From assembly GCA_965246885.1 (NCBI GenBank), contig OZ251992.1, forward strand, positions 672,001 through 736,000: a stretch of 64,000 nucleotides of DNA, given 5' to 3'. Origin of the DNA: Abditibacterium sp. (GTDB taxonomy: Bacteria > Armatimonadota > Abditibacteriia > Abditibacteriales > Abditibacteriaceae). The position numbers and the translations under genes were made by a program. The notes beneath the pieces are model-generated. The model did no database searches. It was not told the origin of the DNA and saw only the letters and a list, made by a program, of their open reading frames with translations. Numbering within the stretch: position 1 is the first letter of the stretch; the number at the start of each line of letters is the position of its first letter. Below, one piece after another: positions 38,101-46,780 of this stretch.

Positions 38101-41100
38101 TCGCCCTTGACATCGAGCGTCAGCAGTTGGCGCGTCGGCGGCACGATGACCTCGGTTTGCGCTTGGAACACCTCGTAGTCCTGCACAAGCGCCGCGCCCA
38201 AGAAGAAGTTCGGCACTTTGCTCTTGTCGATGGGGATGCTAACCTCGACCGATTGGCCGCCGGAGGGTAGGCGCATATAATAGGCGTCGCGGTTTATTGG
38301 CGCGCCGATTTGGATGATGTCCCGCTTGAGGATTTGCCCGTTCGCTTCTTGGGTGAAGAGGACGCTCGCGCCGGGGGTGTCGGCGACGAGGCGGGCGTGC
38401 AGGGTTTGGCCTTCTTCGTAGGCGGGCTTGTCGAGCAGGATGGTGACGCCGCGCAAGCGAATCTGCCCGACGTTCTCGCCGACGACCCACGCTTCCAAGG
38501 CGGCCTTGGGTTTGTCGCCCCACTCGGATTGGCCCTCGAACTCGATGCGGAACTGGCCCGAATCCCTCGCTTCCCACGTCCATGTGGCGCGGCCCGTCGC
38601 GTCGGTGCTGATGGGTTGTTCGAGGAGTTTTTCTTCCTTGTCGCTTGGGAGCAGGCGGAAAACGCGCATGACGCCCGACGCGGCGACGGGCTGGGCGTTG
38701 GCGTCTTGGGTGCGCAGTTCAACGGGCACGCGGTCGCCCTTTTGGGCGTAGCCTTGCGAGGTATTGAGGAACGCGAAATACGCTTGGTTGGCGACTTTGA
38801 CTTGGCCCTGCGCTTCGATGGTGCGACGGGAAGAGTCGGTGATTTCCGCTTCGACGGTGTAAAGCGGGTTGGGCCGCCCGCGCCACCAACCATTTTCAAT
38901 GACGTATTGCGGTTGGGCGTCCAGCGCCGATGTTTTGAAGGCGATTTTGGCGGCGCCTTGCGCGTCCGTCGTAGTGGTGCCCTCGAAGACGATCTCGCCT
39001 GACCCCTCACTCCCGATGTTGCGGCGGTTGCCGTAGGAGTCCATGCCCCACGCGGTGGTCAACCAGTCGTACGGCGAGGGAAAGCGGAACTCCGAATACC
39101 AGACCGACTTGCGGACGGTGTATTTGACGTGCGCGTTTGGCACGGGGGCGCCGAAGTAGTAGCGGGCCGACAAGCGCGCCTCGACGGTTTCACCCGGCTT
39201 TTTCACGTCTTTGGGCGCGGCGACGGTGACTTCAAATTCGGGCCGCTTGTATTCCTCGACGCGAAATCCGGCTTGGCTGCTAATCCGGTCGTCGTCGGAA
39301 ATGCTCAGCGAACACGCGCCGAGCGCCGATGAATCGAGTAGCTTGAACTCGCCCGACAAGGAGCCAAATTCGCCCGTCGTCGCTTCGCCTTCCCACAACT
39401 TCGCGCCGCGCGCGTCGTTCGCCGTGATGAAAAACTTGCGGCCAACAAGCGGTTTGCGGTCGTTGCCCGTCGTGCGGTTGGTGGCGACGAAGCGGAAGTG
39501 GACGGTTTGGCCGGGGCGATAGACGGGGCGGTCGGTGTAGCCGAGCACTTTGGGTTGGTTCTGGCTGTCGTGGCCCCAATAGCCGTAGCCGCCGTAGTTC
39601 TGGTCGCCCGTGAACGCGTAGCGGTTGCCGATGTGGGCGAAAGCGGCGAAGTTGGAGGGGTTGTTGGCCGCGCGGGTCTTGTCGAAGAAGCCGTCCGTCC
39701 CGGTCGCGCCGCGCGCGATGCTGACTTTGCGGTGGTTATCGTCCCACCATGTCTCTTTTATCGTGACATGGGCGCCGGGAACTTTGGCGCCGGTGCGGGC
39801 GTCGCACGCCCACACGAAAGCGCTTTTCACATCGCTCTTTTTCAAGAGCGCCAAGTCCGACACAACGACGATTTGACCGAAGCGAACCTTGCCCGCGCTC
39901 GCCACGACGACATAGGCGCCAAGGTCGGTGATGGGCGCGGCTAATTTTGCGACCCGCGCACTATAATTTCCCGCGTCCTCGGTCTTATGCATCCAGCGCG
40001 CAACGGGGGCGCCTAACTTGGCGGTGAGGTCGCCGATGGAGCCGAAGTTTTTTGGGAAGGAAGTGAAGGTCGCCTCGGCGTCTTGGAGCGGCTTGTCCGC
40101 GAGCAGGAAGTCTTCCAACTTCACCCGATAGGCCGCGAAGAAGACTTCCTTGACGTTGCGCGACTGCACTTGCAGTTGCGGCTTCTCTCCCGGTTTGGCG
40201 ACGCCCAAAACCGAGAAGGAGACCTCGCGCCGCTCGATGTCGCGGATGGCCGCGCGCGCATCGTTCGCCCATTTGGACTTGGGGTATTTTCGCGCAAGTT
40301 CCAGCCAGACGGCGCGCTGCTTGACGGCGCTGGGTTGACGTTGCGCGAGGGAAACGAGCGTTTGCGGCGCGAGCGGCGAAGCGGGGAAGGTGTCCACCAA
40401 GCCGCGCAGGGGCGCGTCGGGGTCGAGGCTTTGGAAGGGGAACGGCTTGACGATGGTTTTCTTGGTTTGCGCGTCGTAGCGCGTGGCCCACGCGAGGGTG
40501 CGGCTATGGTAGGCGCCCAGAAAGAGGCCCTCGCCGAGCAGGGCGCGCCCCGTTTTGGAGCGGCCCTCGCCCTCGTCAAGGGTGGGGGTTTGCCGATACA
40601 GGAACAGCACCTTCTTGGGCAAGCTCCAGCCCGTCGAGTAGCGCGCGCCCACGTCCAAGGCTTCGTCGAACGGCCCATCGCCGTGCTTGTCGAGGGTTTG
40701 GATGAACTCCTCGAAGCTCACCTGCGGCAAAAAGGCGGCGAGGTCGAGGTTCAGGTCGCACTCTTCATCCCACGCGAGCGGGTAGATGGGCGCGAAATAA
40801 CGGTTCGCCTTGGCGTCGCGGCGCTCCCCCTCGGCCAATACTTTCGCGGCTTCCATGTGCGCGAGCGCGGCTTTCTGGTCGCTTGCGTAAAGGGAGATTT
40901 GCTGCGGCGTTTCGCCGTTCTTGACGACCGGGTATTCGTTCTGGCGCAGGGTCTTGTCGCCGACCTTCCACGCATTGTGCGGGGCTTGGACGTAGATGAG
41001 GCCGAGCAGATACTCGAAACGCGCTTTCCACGCGGCGGTTTTGGCGCCTTCGGACGCGGCGGCGATGGCTTCGTCCCACTTTTGCGTCTTCCACAGCGCG

Positions 41101-41303
41101 AGCGCCATGTCGTACTGGACGCGCTCTGGCTCGCGCCCACCCGCTTTGGCGGCGCGCAGCAGTTCCAAGGCGTGGGCGTAAGATTTCTCGGTCATGGCTT
41201 GCTCGGCCCCGGCCAACGGGTCGGGCACGGTTTGCGCGCGGACGGACAGCGTGGCGCCCCAAAGGGCGGCGCACACGAGCAGGAAACGAGGATGGATTGT
41301 CAT
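35190..41303 (-). CDS. Bacterial alpha-2-macroglobulin
   Basis: YTDRPVYRPGQ, VEEYKRPEF, FPDSLTQW, thioester YPYGCVEQ, QRDDGGWGW; N-terminal TPR-like region. Confidence 0.93.
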   Translation of the reverse strand: MTIHPRFLLVCAALWGATLSVRAQTVPDPLAGAEQAMTEKSYAHALELLRAAKAGGREPERVQYDMALALWKTQKWDEAIAAASEGAKTAAWKARFEYLLGLIYVQAPHNAWKVGDKTLRQNEYPVVKNGETPQQISLYASDQKAALAHMEAAKVLAEGERRDAKANRYFAPIYPLAWDEECDLNLDLAAFLPQVSFEEFIQTLDKHGDGPFDEALDVGARYSTGWSLPKKVLFLYRQTPTLDEGEGRSKTGRALLGEGLFLGAYHSRTLAWATRYDAQTKKTIVKPFPFQSLDPDAPLRGLVDTFPASPLAPQTLVSLAQRQPSAVKQRAVWLELARKYPKSKWANDARAAIRDIERREVSFSVLGVAKPGEKPQLQVQSRNVKEVFFAAYRVKLEDFLLADKPLQDAEATFTSFPKNFGSIGDLTAKLGAPVARWMHKTEDAGNYSARVAKLAAPITDLGAYVVVASAGKVRFGQIVVVSDLALLKKSDVKSAFVWACDARTGAKVPGAHVTIKETWWDDNHRKVSIARGATGTDGFFDKTRAANNPSNFAAFAHIGNRYAFTGDQNYGGYGYWGHDSQNQPKVLGYTDRPVYRPGQTVHFRFVATNRTTGNDRKPLVGRKFFITANDARGAKLWEGEATTGEFGSLSGEFKLLDSSALGACSLSISDDDRISSQAGFRVEEYKRPEFEVTVAAPKDVKKPGETVEARLSARYYFGAPVPNAHVKYTVRKSVWYSEFRFPSPYDWLTTAWGMDSYGNRRNIGSEGSGEIVFEGTTTTDAQGAAKIAFKTSALDAQPQYVIENGWWRGRPNPLYTVEAEITDSSRRTIEAQGQVKVANQAYFAFLNTSQGYAQKGDRVPVELRTQDANAQPVAASGVMRVFRLLPSDKEEKLLEQPISTDATGRATWTWEARDSGQFRIEFEGQSEWGDKPKAALEAWVVGENVGQIRLRGVTILLDKPAYEEGQTLHARLVADTPGASVLFTQEANGQILKRDIIQIGAPINRDAYYMRLPSGGQSVEVSIPIDKSKVPNFFLGAALVQDYEVFQAQTEVIVPPTRQLLTLDVKGDKATYKPGETGTFHIRARDWSGQPARAEVSLALVDASLFYIQADTTPDARSFFYGDRRGNSVNLDSSRSGNIEARSETPPEPNIERHGWELPDDFGQLQLMPGGFGYYGYHDYNGYAFNGSYSRSARMSGGVTFLHARGRNNYLADTNGITLATPAAAPRIDAQLAAKSVAGGGAPDAEPVRSNFAETAFWSPAVVTNGGEATVKVTFPDSLTQWHATARGLTNSVQVGSAESDAATKKDLIVRLQAPRFFVEGDQVTISANVHNYSDRAQTAQVAFGFDGLLGNTPAPQSVTLAAGEEKRVDTVVTAAREGKTTISASARTATDSDAVKLSFPVLTHGAPQFAAHAGVIAADGTTTIPLTFPGKRQFGASQLNVQLNPSLAATALDALPYLADYPYGCVEQTMSRFLPSALVERSLKASGVNLETLRARAAAYKAEAQTKSKLGTVKNSGYSFPKGEPNARDLDEMASHMWWYDGHGRSNPIYDAKLTAQMTREGMQKLASMQRDDGGWGWFPGASQSDEWISAYVVYGLSQAKRAGIGFEENTLSRGRDYLRNHLKDEDNLQLLAYMTYALSQDGSDSMAKSLASGRLFTQRERLAPLAKCYLAMTLARNGETDKANVVVRNLENTVRIDADNGTARYQTQPDYWLWWNNDVETVALALRAFDEIAPDNKLVPMFAKWLTLNSRGNHWRSTKETAEVVYTLAQYVARHRELDVDMNVQVSLNGKLARTYHVTADNALWFDNRFRAGDLFLESGAAKNTLTITKTGRGKLYFSAYEDSFSREDPIKGSGNELSVGRTFYKLTRAETKPAASVDVPTTGSTAAKVAGRAVIVPFPPQDYTPPAPEYKREEIKDGASVKSGDLIEVELVVNARNDYEYLVFEDMKAAGFEPVDIRSGYDYSNGLGSYVEMRDDKTAFFVSSLPQGRRVLRYRVRAEAPGQFHALPTNGYAVYAPEIRATSDEMRVGVGVGE

Positions 41304-41389
41304 CTGTGGGTCTTCGACTGTGGGGCGCGCGGCTTTGTTCCCTTGCCCCAAAACAACAGCGCGCGAACTTTCGTTCGCGCGCTGTTCAA

Positions 41390-43132
41390 CTACTTCCTTT
41401 GCGGCACGACCTGCAAGCCCGGCGAGCCGCCGAAGTTGAGGCCGCTCATGCCGCCCATCCCACCGGGCGCGGCGGGTTTAACCTTGGCGCGTTCGGCGGC
41501 GGCGAGCTTGGGTTCTTTGAGAAGCTCGAAGGCTTGCGCGAGGCGTTGCCGCAAGGGGGCGTTGGGGTCGCCCTGCGAGAACATCGAGGTGGGCATCGGG
41601 TTATTGTCGAGCGCTTTGGAAGCGGCTTTGAACTGCTCAAGCGCGGGTTTGGGTTGACCCGCGTCGCGCAGCGCTTCGGCGTAGGTGAGGAGCAATTCCA
41701 CGTCTTTCTTGGCGGCGTCGCTCGCGGCTTTAAGGGCTTGGAGGCGCGGCTCCTTTTGGCCCATATCGCTATAAAGCGCGGCGCGCTGGTAGTGAATGGC
41801 CGCCGCTTCGAGGCCCGTCCCCGACGTTTTGAGCGCGTCGTTATAGCGAGCGAGCACGTCCGCTCGCGCCTTTCGTTGCTCGTCGCCGACCTTTGTGTAT
41901 AGGTCTTTCGTCTGTAGTTGATACGCTTTAAGCGCGGGGTCGCTCACGTCGGGCGTGGCGGCTTTTTGAATGTCGGCCTGCTTTTTCGACCACGCGGCCC
42001 CGGCTTGCTGCGTTTGAAAGTCGGCGAGCAGTTTCTTCTTGTTTTTGGCGTAGTCCTTGGGCAGGTCGGTCTTGCGGCCCGCGATGAAGTAGATGGTCTG
42101 CGAGCCATCCCCCTCGCTTTTGAAGGGGCCGACGAGCGACCCCGCTGCTTTGGACAGCGCGGTGCCCACTTCGGGCGGCGAGAGTTCGGCGGGCAGCTTT
42201 TGTCCGAGCGCGCCGCTCTTGGCTTTGCTGATGACGTCGGGGTTCTCTTTGGCGGCGACGGCTTTGAAGGCGGCAAGGGTGGGCGTGGCCTTGAGTTGCG
42301 CGAACAGCTTGGTCGCTTTGGCGGCGGCCTCGTTTTGCAAGCGCGTTTGCTCGGCCTTGAAATCTTTCGCGCCGCCCTTGGGAAGATCGGGGCGCAGGGT
42401 GATGGAGTAAAGGTCGAGCTTGGTGAGGCTGCGCTTGTAGTCGTCTTCGGAAACGGTCGCGCTTGCGGCGTCTTTGACCTGCTTTTCGAGCTTGTCTACG
42501 GACAGTTTGTCGCGCACGTTGTCGCGTATATCGCTCGTGACCTTGGCTTTTTCCTGCGCAACAGCCTCGTCTATGCTGCTCACTTTATACTGCGCTTGCA
42601 CCAAGCGCAGAAAGGCGGCTTGGCTCTGGCCCGCTTGCGGCTTGAACTGCTCCTTGATCTCCTTGTCGAGTTCGGCGTCTATTTCGGCGTCCGAAACGAC
42701 AATGTTCGCCGCTTTTGCAGCTTCGGTGAGCGCGGCTTGGTTGGTCAGTTGCCTAAGGGCCGTTTGCTTTTGGTCGAGAAAAGTGGCGGCGGTCGGGATG
42801 CCCATGCCGTACTGCGCGTTGATTTGCACGGAGCGCGCGAAGGCGTTGTTCAATTGCCCTTCGCTGATGGTCTGGTTGCCAAGCGTTGCGGCGACCGCGT
42901 CAGGGCTTTGCCCGCTTCCGCCGTTGCCGTTGCGCGGCACGCCCGAAGGCGACAGGCTCGACACGAGGAAGGTGCCCGCCATGATGAGGCCCGACAGGAC
43001 GACGACCGTCTTCATCAAGCGCGACTGCACGGCGCCCGACCGGATGCCCTCAATGGAAAAGGGCGAGGGTTTGTCTACGTATTCCGGCTCGGCAACGCGT
43101 TTGGCCGGGGTTTTGGGTTCTTTGAGTGCCAT
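41390..43132 (-). CDS. SurA-N/parvulin-like foldase with C-terminal TPRs
   Basis: TM anchor, AATLGNQTIS, IVVSDAEID, degenerate PPIase (GALG, LVGPFK), TPR-like helices. Confidence 0.7.
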   Translation of the reverse strand: MALKEPKTPAKRVAEPEYVDKPSPFSIEGIRSGAVQSRLMKTVVVLSGLIMAGTFLVSSLSPSGVPRNGNGGSGQSPDAVAATLGNQTISEGQLNNAFARSVQINAQYGMGIPTAATFLDQKQTALRQLTNQAALTEAAKAANIVVSDAEIDAELDKEIKEQFKPQAGQSQAAFLRLVQAQYKVSSIDEAVAQEKAKVTSDIRDNVRDKLSVDKLEKQVKDAASATVSEDDYKRSLTKLDLYSITLRPDLPKGGAKDFKAEQTRLQNEAAAKATKLFAQLKATPTLAAFKAVAAKENPDVISKAKSGALGQKLPAELSPPEVGTALSKAAGSLVGPFKSEGDGSQTIYFIAGRKTDLPKDYAKNKKKLLADFQTQQAGAAWSKKQADIQKAATPDVSDPALKAYQLQTKDLYTKVGDEQRKARADVLARYNDALKTSGTGLEAAAIHYQRAALYSDMGQKEPRLQALKAASDAAKKDVELLLTYAEALRDAGQPKPALEQFKAASKALDNNPMPTSMFSQGDPNAPLRQRLAQAFELLKEPKLAAAERAKVKPAAPGGMGGMSGLNFGGSPGLQVVPQRK

Positions 43133-43150
43133 GATGGGAAGGGCGCAAGT

Positions 43151-43801
43151 CTAAAGGCCTTCTACGTGCGCCGTTGAATTGATGTAAGACACCACGACGG
43201 GCGGCCCTTCAAGTTGCCCACCGGGGATGGTCTTGGCGTTTCCTATCTCAACTTTCGTCAAGGAGCAGTTGCCCACCACCAGACGCCGCGCGTTGGCCGG
43301 GGGAGCGCCCAACAGTTCGCACAGCAAGACGCGCAAGCTGCCGTTGTGCCCCACGACGGCGACCATACCGCCCTCGTTGGCGCCGATGATCTCGTTCCAC
43401 GCCGGTTCAAGCCGTGCCCACAGCATCTTGTAGGACTCGCCCCCCGGCGGCGCGTTGTTCCAAGGGTCTTCGACGCGCGCTTTCCACTGCGCGGCGTAGC
43501 GCTGGAGAATGTCGTCTTCCGACAACCCTTCCCAATCCCCGTAGTTCACTTCCTTAAGCGCCGCCATGCCCGTCACGCTGAGGCCGTGCTTAGACGCAAT
43601 GGCCTCGCCCGTTTGAAAAGCGCGCTGCAATGTCGAAGCATACACCGCCGTGAGCGGCATCTTTTCGAGCGCCTTGGCAACGGCTTCTTTTTGACGTTGC
43701 CCACGCTCGGTGAGCGGCAAGTCGCTCGCGCCCGCGAAGGTGCGATGCTCGCCCGTATTCCCGGCGACCTCGCCGTGACGAACTAAGTAGATGGTAGTCA
43801 T
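43151..43801 (-). CDS. Histidine phosphatase family (CobC/GpmB-like)
   Basis: LVRHGE, STLQRA, EVNYGDWEG, PPGGES, VVGHNG. Confidence 0.9.
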   Translation of the reverse strand: MTTIYLVRHGEVAGNTGEHRTFAGASDLPLTERGQRQKEAVAKALEKMPLTAVYASTLQRAFQTGEAIASKHGLSVTGMAALKEVNYGDWEGLSEDDILQRYAAQWKARVEDPWNNAPPGGESYKMLWARLEPAWNEIIGANEGGMVAVVGHNGSLRVLLCELLGAPPANARRLVVGNCSLTKVEIGNAKTIPGGQLEGPPVVVSYINSTAHVEGL

Positions 43802-43839
43802 GGATGAAATGGCCGCAAAGGTTGCGCGCGGCCAAAAGA

Positions 43840-44865
43840 TTAAGACAGTTTGGCGGCCAGTTCCGCGTTGCGGCGCGCTTTACTCTTCAAGGCTTCCAGT
43901 GTCGCGGCGTCGGGCGCCTTCGCGCCTTCTATGCGCGCGCCCAAATCCCGCAGTTCCGCGTCCGTTGGCGCCGCCACCAAGGGCGCTCCGATGAGGCCCG
44001 CCAAAGCCCGCACCTTCGGGTCGTAGTCGAATGCCACGACCGGTACCCCCACCGACGCCGCGAAAATCAGCGCATGCAGCCGCATCGCCAGCACCCGCTC
44101 GGCCTTCCCCAATCGCTCGATAATTTGGCGCGGATGCCAACCCGCCGTGTCCATTATTTCCTCCGGCGACACGAGCGACCGCAACAACACATCATCCACC
44201 CCCATTTGCATCGCCAAAAACCGCAGTTCTACGCCCGCCGTCGCCGCTTCCCGCTTGAGCGCTGCCACCAATCGCGGCAACGCCCCCGCGTCCGCCCCCG
44301 GCCACGACCGCAAAGCCGCCACCCACTCCCTTTCTTCCGCGTTCCGGCTTGCGACTTCCGCGTTCCCCAAGTCCCACACCGGGTCTGCCGTCACCTCAAC
44401 GGCGCGCGTCACGCCGATTTCGCGCAACAGCCCCGCCGATTCCGGGTCGCGCACCGTCAAAACCCGCGCGCCCTGAAACGCCGAACGCGCCGCTTTGCGG
44501 GCCAAGGGCGAGCGAAGTGGCCCGACACCCTGCGCATACACCATCGTCGGGCGCCCCAGCATCCCCGCGACGCGCAGCAGGGTCGTGTAATAAACCGCGC
44601 TCCGCACGCTCGTTACGTCCTGCACCAAACTCCCGCCGCCGCTCAGGAAGACATCGCATTTCTGCATGGCCCGAAGCAGTTCGCGCGGGTTCTGCCGCCC
44701 AATCGCTTCGATGCCATGCATTTCCCGCGTTCCGGCGGGGTCGCCCGAAGTCGCCGTGAACGTCGCCGACGAATCCAGCACCCGCAAATGCGCGATCATC
44801 GCCGCCAACACCGCCTCATCCCCCGCGTTCGCATAGCCGAAATACCCGTTGATTAAAAATTTCAC
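43840..44865 (-). CDS. csaB: Polysaccharide pyruvyl transferase CsaB
   Basis: GYFGYANAGDEA, SGGGSLVQDVTS, YAQGVGP, TVRDPES, MRLHALIFA, YDPKV. Confidence 0.9.
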   Translation of the reverse strand: MKFLINGYFGYANAGDEAVLAAMIAHLRVLDSSATFTATSGDPAGTREMHGIEAIGRQNPRELLRAMQKCDVFLSGGGSLVQDVTSVRSAVYYTTLLRVAGMLGRPTMVYAQGVGPLRSPLARKAARSAFQGARVLTVRDPESAGLLREIGVTRAVEVTADPVWDLGNAEVASRNAEEREWVAALRSWPGADAGALPRLVAALKREAATAGVELRFLAMQMGVDDVLLRSLVSPEEIMDTAGWHPRQIIERLGKAERVLAMRLHALIFAASVGVPVVAFDYDPKVRALAGLIGAPLVAAPTDAELRDLGARIEGAKAPDAATLEALKSKARRNAELAAKLS

Positions 44866-44913
44866 GCGCCTTCCATTTTACGGCCCCCTCGCGCCCTTGG
44901 AGGCCCCGGCGAG

Positions 44914-45083
44914 TGGTTCACCGGTACCGGCGAACCGTCGGCGCGCCTAATTCTTCCGTCCGCCGGGTTGCGCCGATGGTTCACCGGCATACGCGAACGG
45001 TTGGCGCAGCTAATTCTTTCGTCGGCGCGCATGGGCGGCTGACTCCCGTAGCTAACTCAACGGTTCCCGCAGGTCTGTCAACG
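44914..45083. repeat. 21-bp-period array with 63-bp higher-order repeat
   Basis: TGGTTCACCGG at 44914 and 44977; GGCGC..CTAATTCTT in units 44935 and 44998; resembles the reverse complement of the 17.6-kb units. Confidence 0.75.
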
Positions 45084-45179
45084 GAAGCGCACGGCCCGCG
45101 TCTTTGAGTGGTGACATACTTGTGCCTCTTGACGACTCCGCATCTTGATTAGCGCAAGGGGCGGGAAACGGGAACATGT

Positions 45180-45204
45180 GGACGAACACAAGATTCGCCC
45201 CTAC
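45180..45204 (-). repeat. GTAG-type REP-like palindrome
   Basis: Minus strand GTAG-GGGCGAA-TCTTGTG-TTCGTCC. Confidence 0.6.
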
Positions 45205-45258
45205 AGTTGACTGGCGGGAATATCGAAACGCAACGGCAATGGGGAATTTTAACTTCGC

Positions 45259-45849
45259 ATGAAACTCGGTCTCATGGGCGGCACCTTTGACCCGATTCAT
45301 TTTGGGCACCTGTTCATCGCCGAAGAAGCGCGCGTGCGGTGCGGGTTGGATGAGGTGTGGTTCGTGCCCAACAACACGCCCGCCCACGTGCAGGGCAAGG
45401 CGGCGCAGTTATCGGCGGAGGAGCGGTTGGCATTGTGCGAGTTGGCCGTCGCGGATAACCCGCATTTCAAGGTGTCTGCGGTCGAGGTCGAGCGCGCCGG
45501 GAAGTCGTACGCCTTCGATACGCTGGGGGAGTTGGGCGCGCAAACGGGGGCGGAACTGTTTTGGATTTTGGGCGCCGACGCCATTGGTGAAGTTTTGACG
45601 TGGTATCGCGGGGCGCAACTGTTCGAGATGTGCCGCTTCGTCGCGGCGTCGCGGCCCGGATTTTCGCTTCAAACGGCGCAAGGAACCCTGAACGCCGCCC
45701 AAGCCTCGCGCGTCGAGTGGATGGAAGTTCCCGGTTTGCACATCGCTTCGCGCGACCTGCGCGAGCGAATCGAGCGCGGCCAATCCATCCGCTACCTCGT
45801 GCCCGACGCGGTGCGAGTGGCCATTGAAACGCGCGGCCTTTACAGGTAG
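45259..45849 (+). CDS. nadD: Nicotinate-nucleotide adenylyltransferase
   Basis: GGTFDPIHFGHL, ILGADA, IASRDLRER. Confidence 0.95.
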   Translation: MKLGLMGGTFDPIHFGHLFIAEEARVRCGLDEVWFVPNNTPAHVQGKAAQLSAEERLALCELAVADNPHFKVSAVEVERAGKSYAFDTLGELGAQTGAELFWILGADAIGEVLTWYRGAQLFEMCRFVAASRPGFSLQTAQGTLNAAQASRVEWMEVPGLHIASRDLRERIERGQSIRYLVPDAVRVAIETRGLYR

Positions 45850-45874
45850 AATGGGAACCGACCTCTTTCATTTA

Positions 45875-46339
45875 ATGACAGCCACCCAATTCCAAACCGA
45901 AGAACGCGAAGCGCCGCCCAAGCCCACAATTGACGTGGCCGCGCTCAAAACGCAGATCGCCGGAAACAAAACCGCGCTCATTTGCCAAAGCGCCGACGAA
46001 ATCAAGGCGCTCGATATTACCGTCCTCGACGTGCGCGACCAAACGATTTTGACCGACTACTTCATCATCGCTACGGGCACCTCGAACACCCACATCCAGT
46101 CCATCGCCCGCAACGTCCTCGACAAACTGCGCGACAACGGCATCCGCGCCCGAAGTGAGGGCAACGCCGATTCGTTCTGGGTTGTCCTCGACTACGGCGA
46201 TGCCATCCTCCACGTCCAAACCGAGGAGACACGCGAGTTCTACGACTTGGAGCGTTTATGGGCCGACGCCCAAATCTCCGTCTGGCCCGCCGAAATCACC
46301 GTCGAAGAAACGCCCATTAAACGCGGGCTTTTTCGGTGA
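45875..46339 (+). CDS. rsfS: Ribosome silencing factor
   Basis: KALDITVLDV, DYFIIATGTS, WVVLDYGD, REFYDLERLW. Confidence 0.93.
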   Translation: MTATQFQTEEREAPPKPTIDVAALKTQIAGNKTALICQSADEIKALDITVLDVRDQTILTDYFIIATGTSNTHIQSIARNVLDKLRDNGIRARSEGNADSFWVVLDYGDAILHVQTEETREFYDLERLWADAQISVWPAEITVEETPIKRGLFR

Positions 46340-46382
46340 GGCGGTGATATACTGGGCGTGGACGCCCACAAGGAGCCACCTC

Positions 46383-46640
46383 ATGTATCGGAAAATCGCT
46401 TTGACTTCGGTCACAATCAACGTCGCGCTCGTGTTCGCTTGGCTAGTCGTCTTCATGCCTTGGTGCTTGGATCGCTTCAAGGAAGGCAAAGTTGAGATGC
46501 CCGCGCCCGTGATGTTGCTCATCAACATCTCGCATTTCCTCACCAATCCGCAGACCATTGTGCCGACGCTGATGCTCTTGCTCCTTAGTTTCTTCGGTGC
46601 GAAGGCGCTCCGCAAGCGGACGCCGCGCCGCACTGTGTAA
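46383..46640 (+). CDS. Small two-TM protein resembling the central segment of GspF/PilC
   Basis: AAGGAG RBS; VVFMP..F...KVEMPAPVMLLINISHFL pattern. Confidence 0.6.
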   Translation: MYRKIALTSVTINVALVFAWLVVFMPWCLDRFKEGKVEMPAPVMLLINISHFLTNPQTIVPTLMLLLLSFFGAKALRKRTPRRTV

Positions 46641-46688
46641 GAAGTCCCACAATTTTCCCCGTGACAGCCGCTAAACCCGCTTGCCCTG

Positions 46689-46717
46689 TTGAAACGCGCC
46701 CTCTCCCTTGATATAAT
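46689..46717 (+). promoter_or_regulatory. Near-consensus sigma70 promoter
   Basis: TTGAAA-17 nt-TATAAT with an extended -10 TG. Confidence 0.75.
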
Positions 46718-46720
46718 GCG

Positions 46721-46750
46721 AAGCGCCGAAATTAATTTCGGCGCTTTTTT
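46721..46750 (+). terminator. Perfect 26-bp palindrome plus T tract (terminator or operator)
   Basis: AAGCGCCGAAATTAATTTCGGCGCTT followed by TTTT. Confidence 0.7.
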
Positions 46751-46780
46751 GGTTCCGCGATGACCTTGCACTTGACCTTC

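Noticed and set aside
27303..43801. Cobalamin biosynthesis cluster (cbiX pair, PduO-type, CobC-like)
   Set aside because: The genes are scattered among unrelated genes, no cobalamin riboswitch was seen, and the phosphatase assignment is only family-level.
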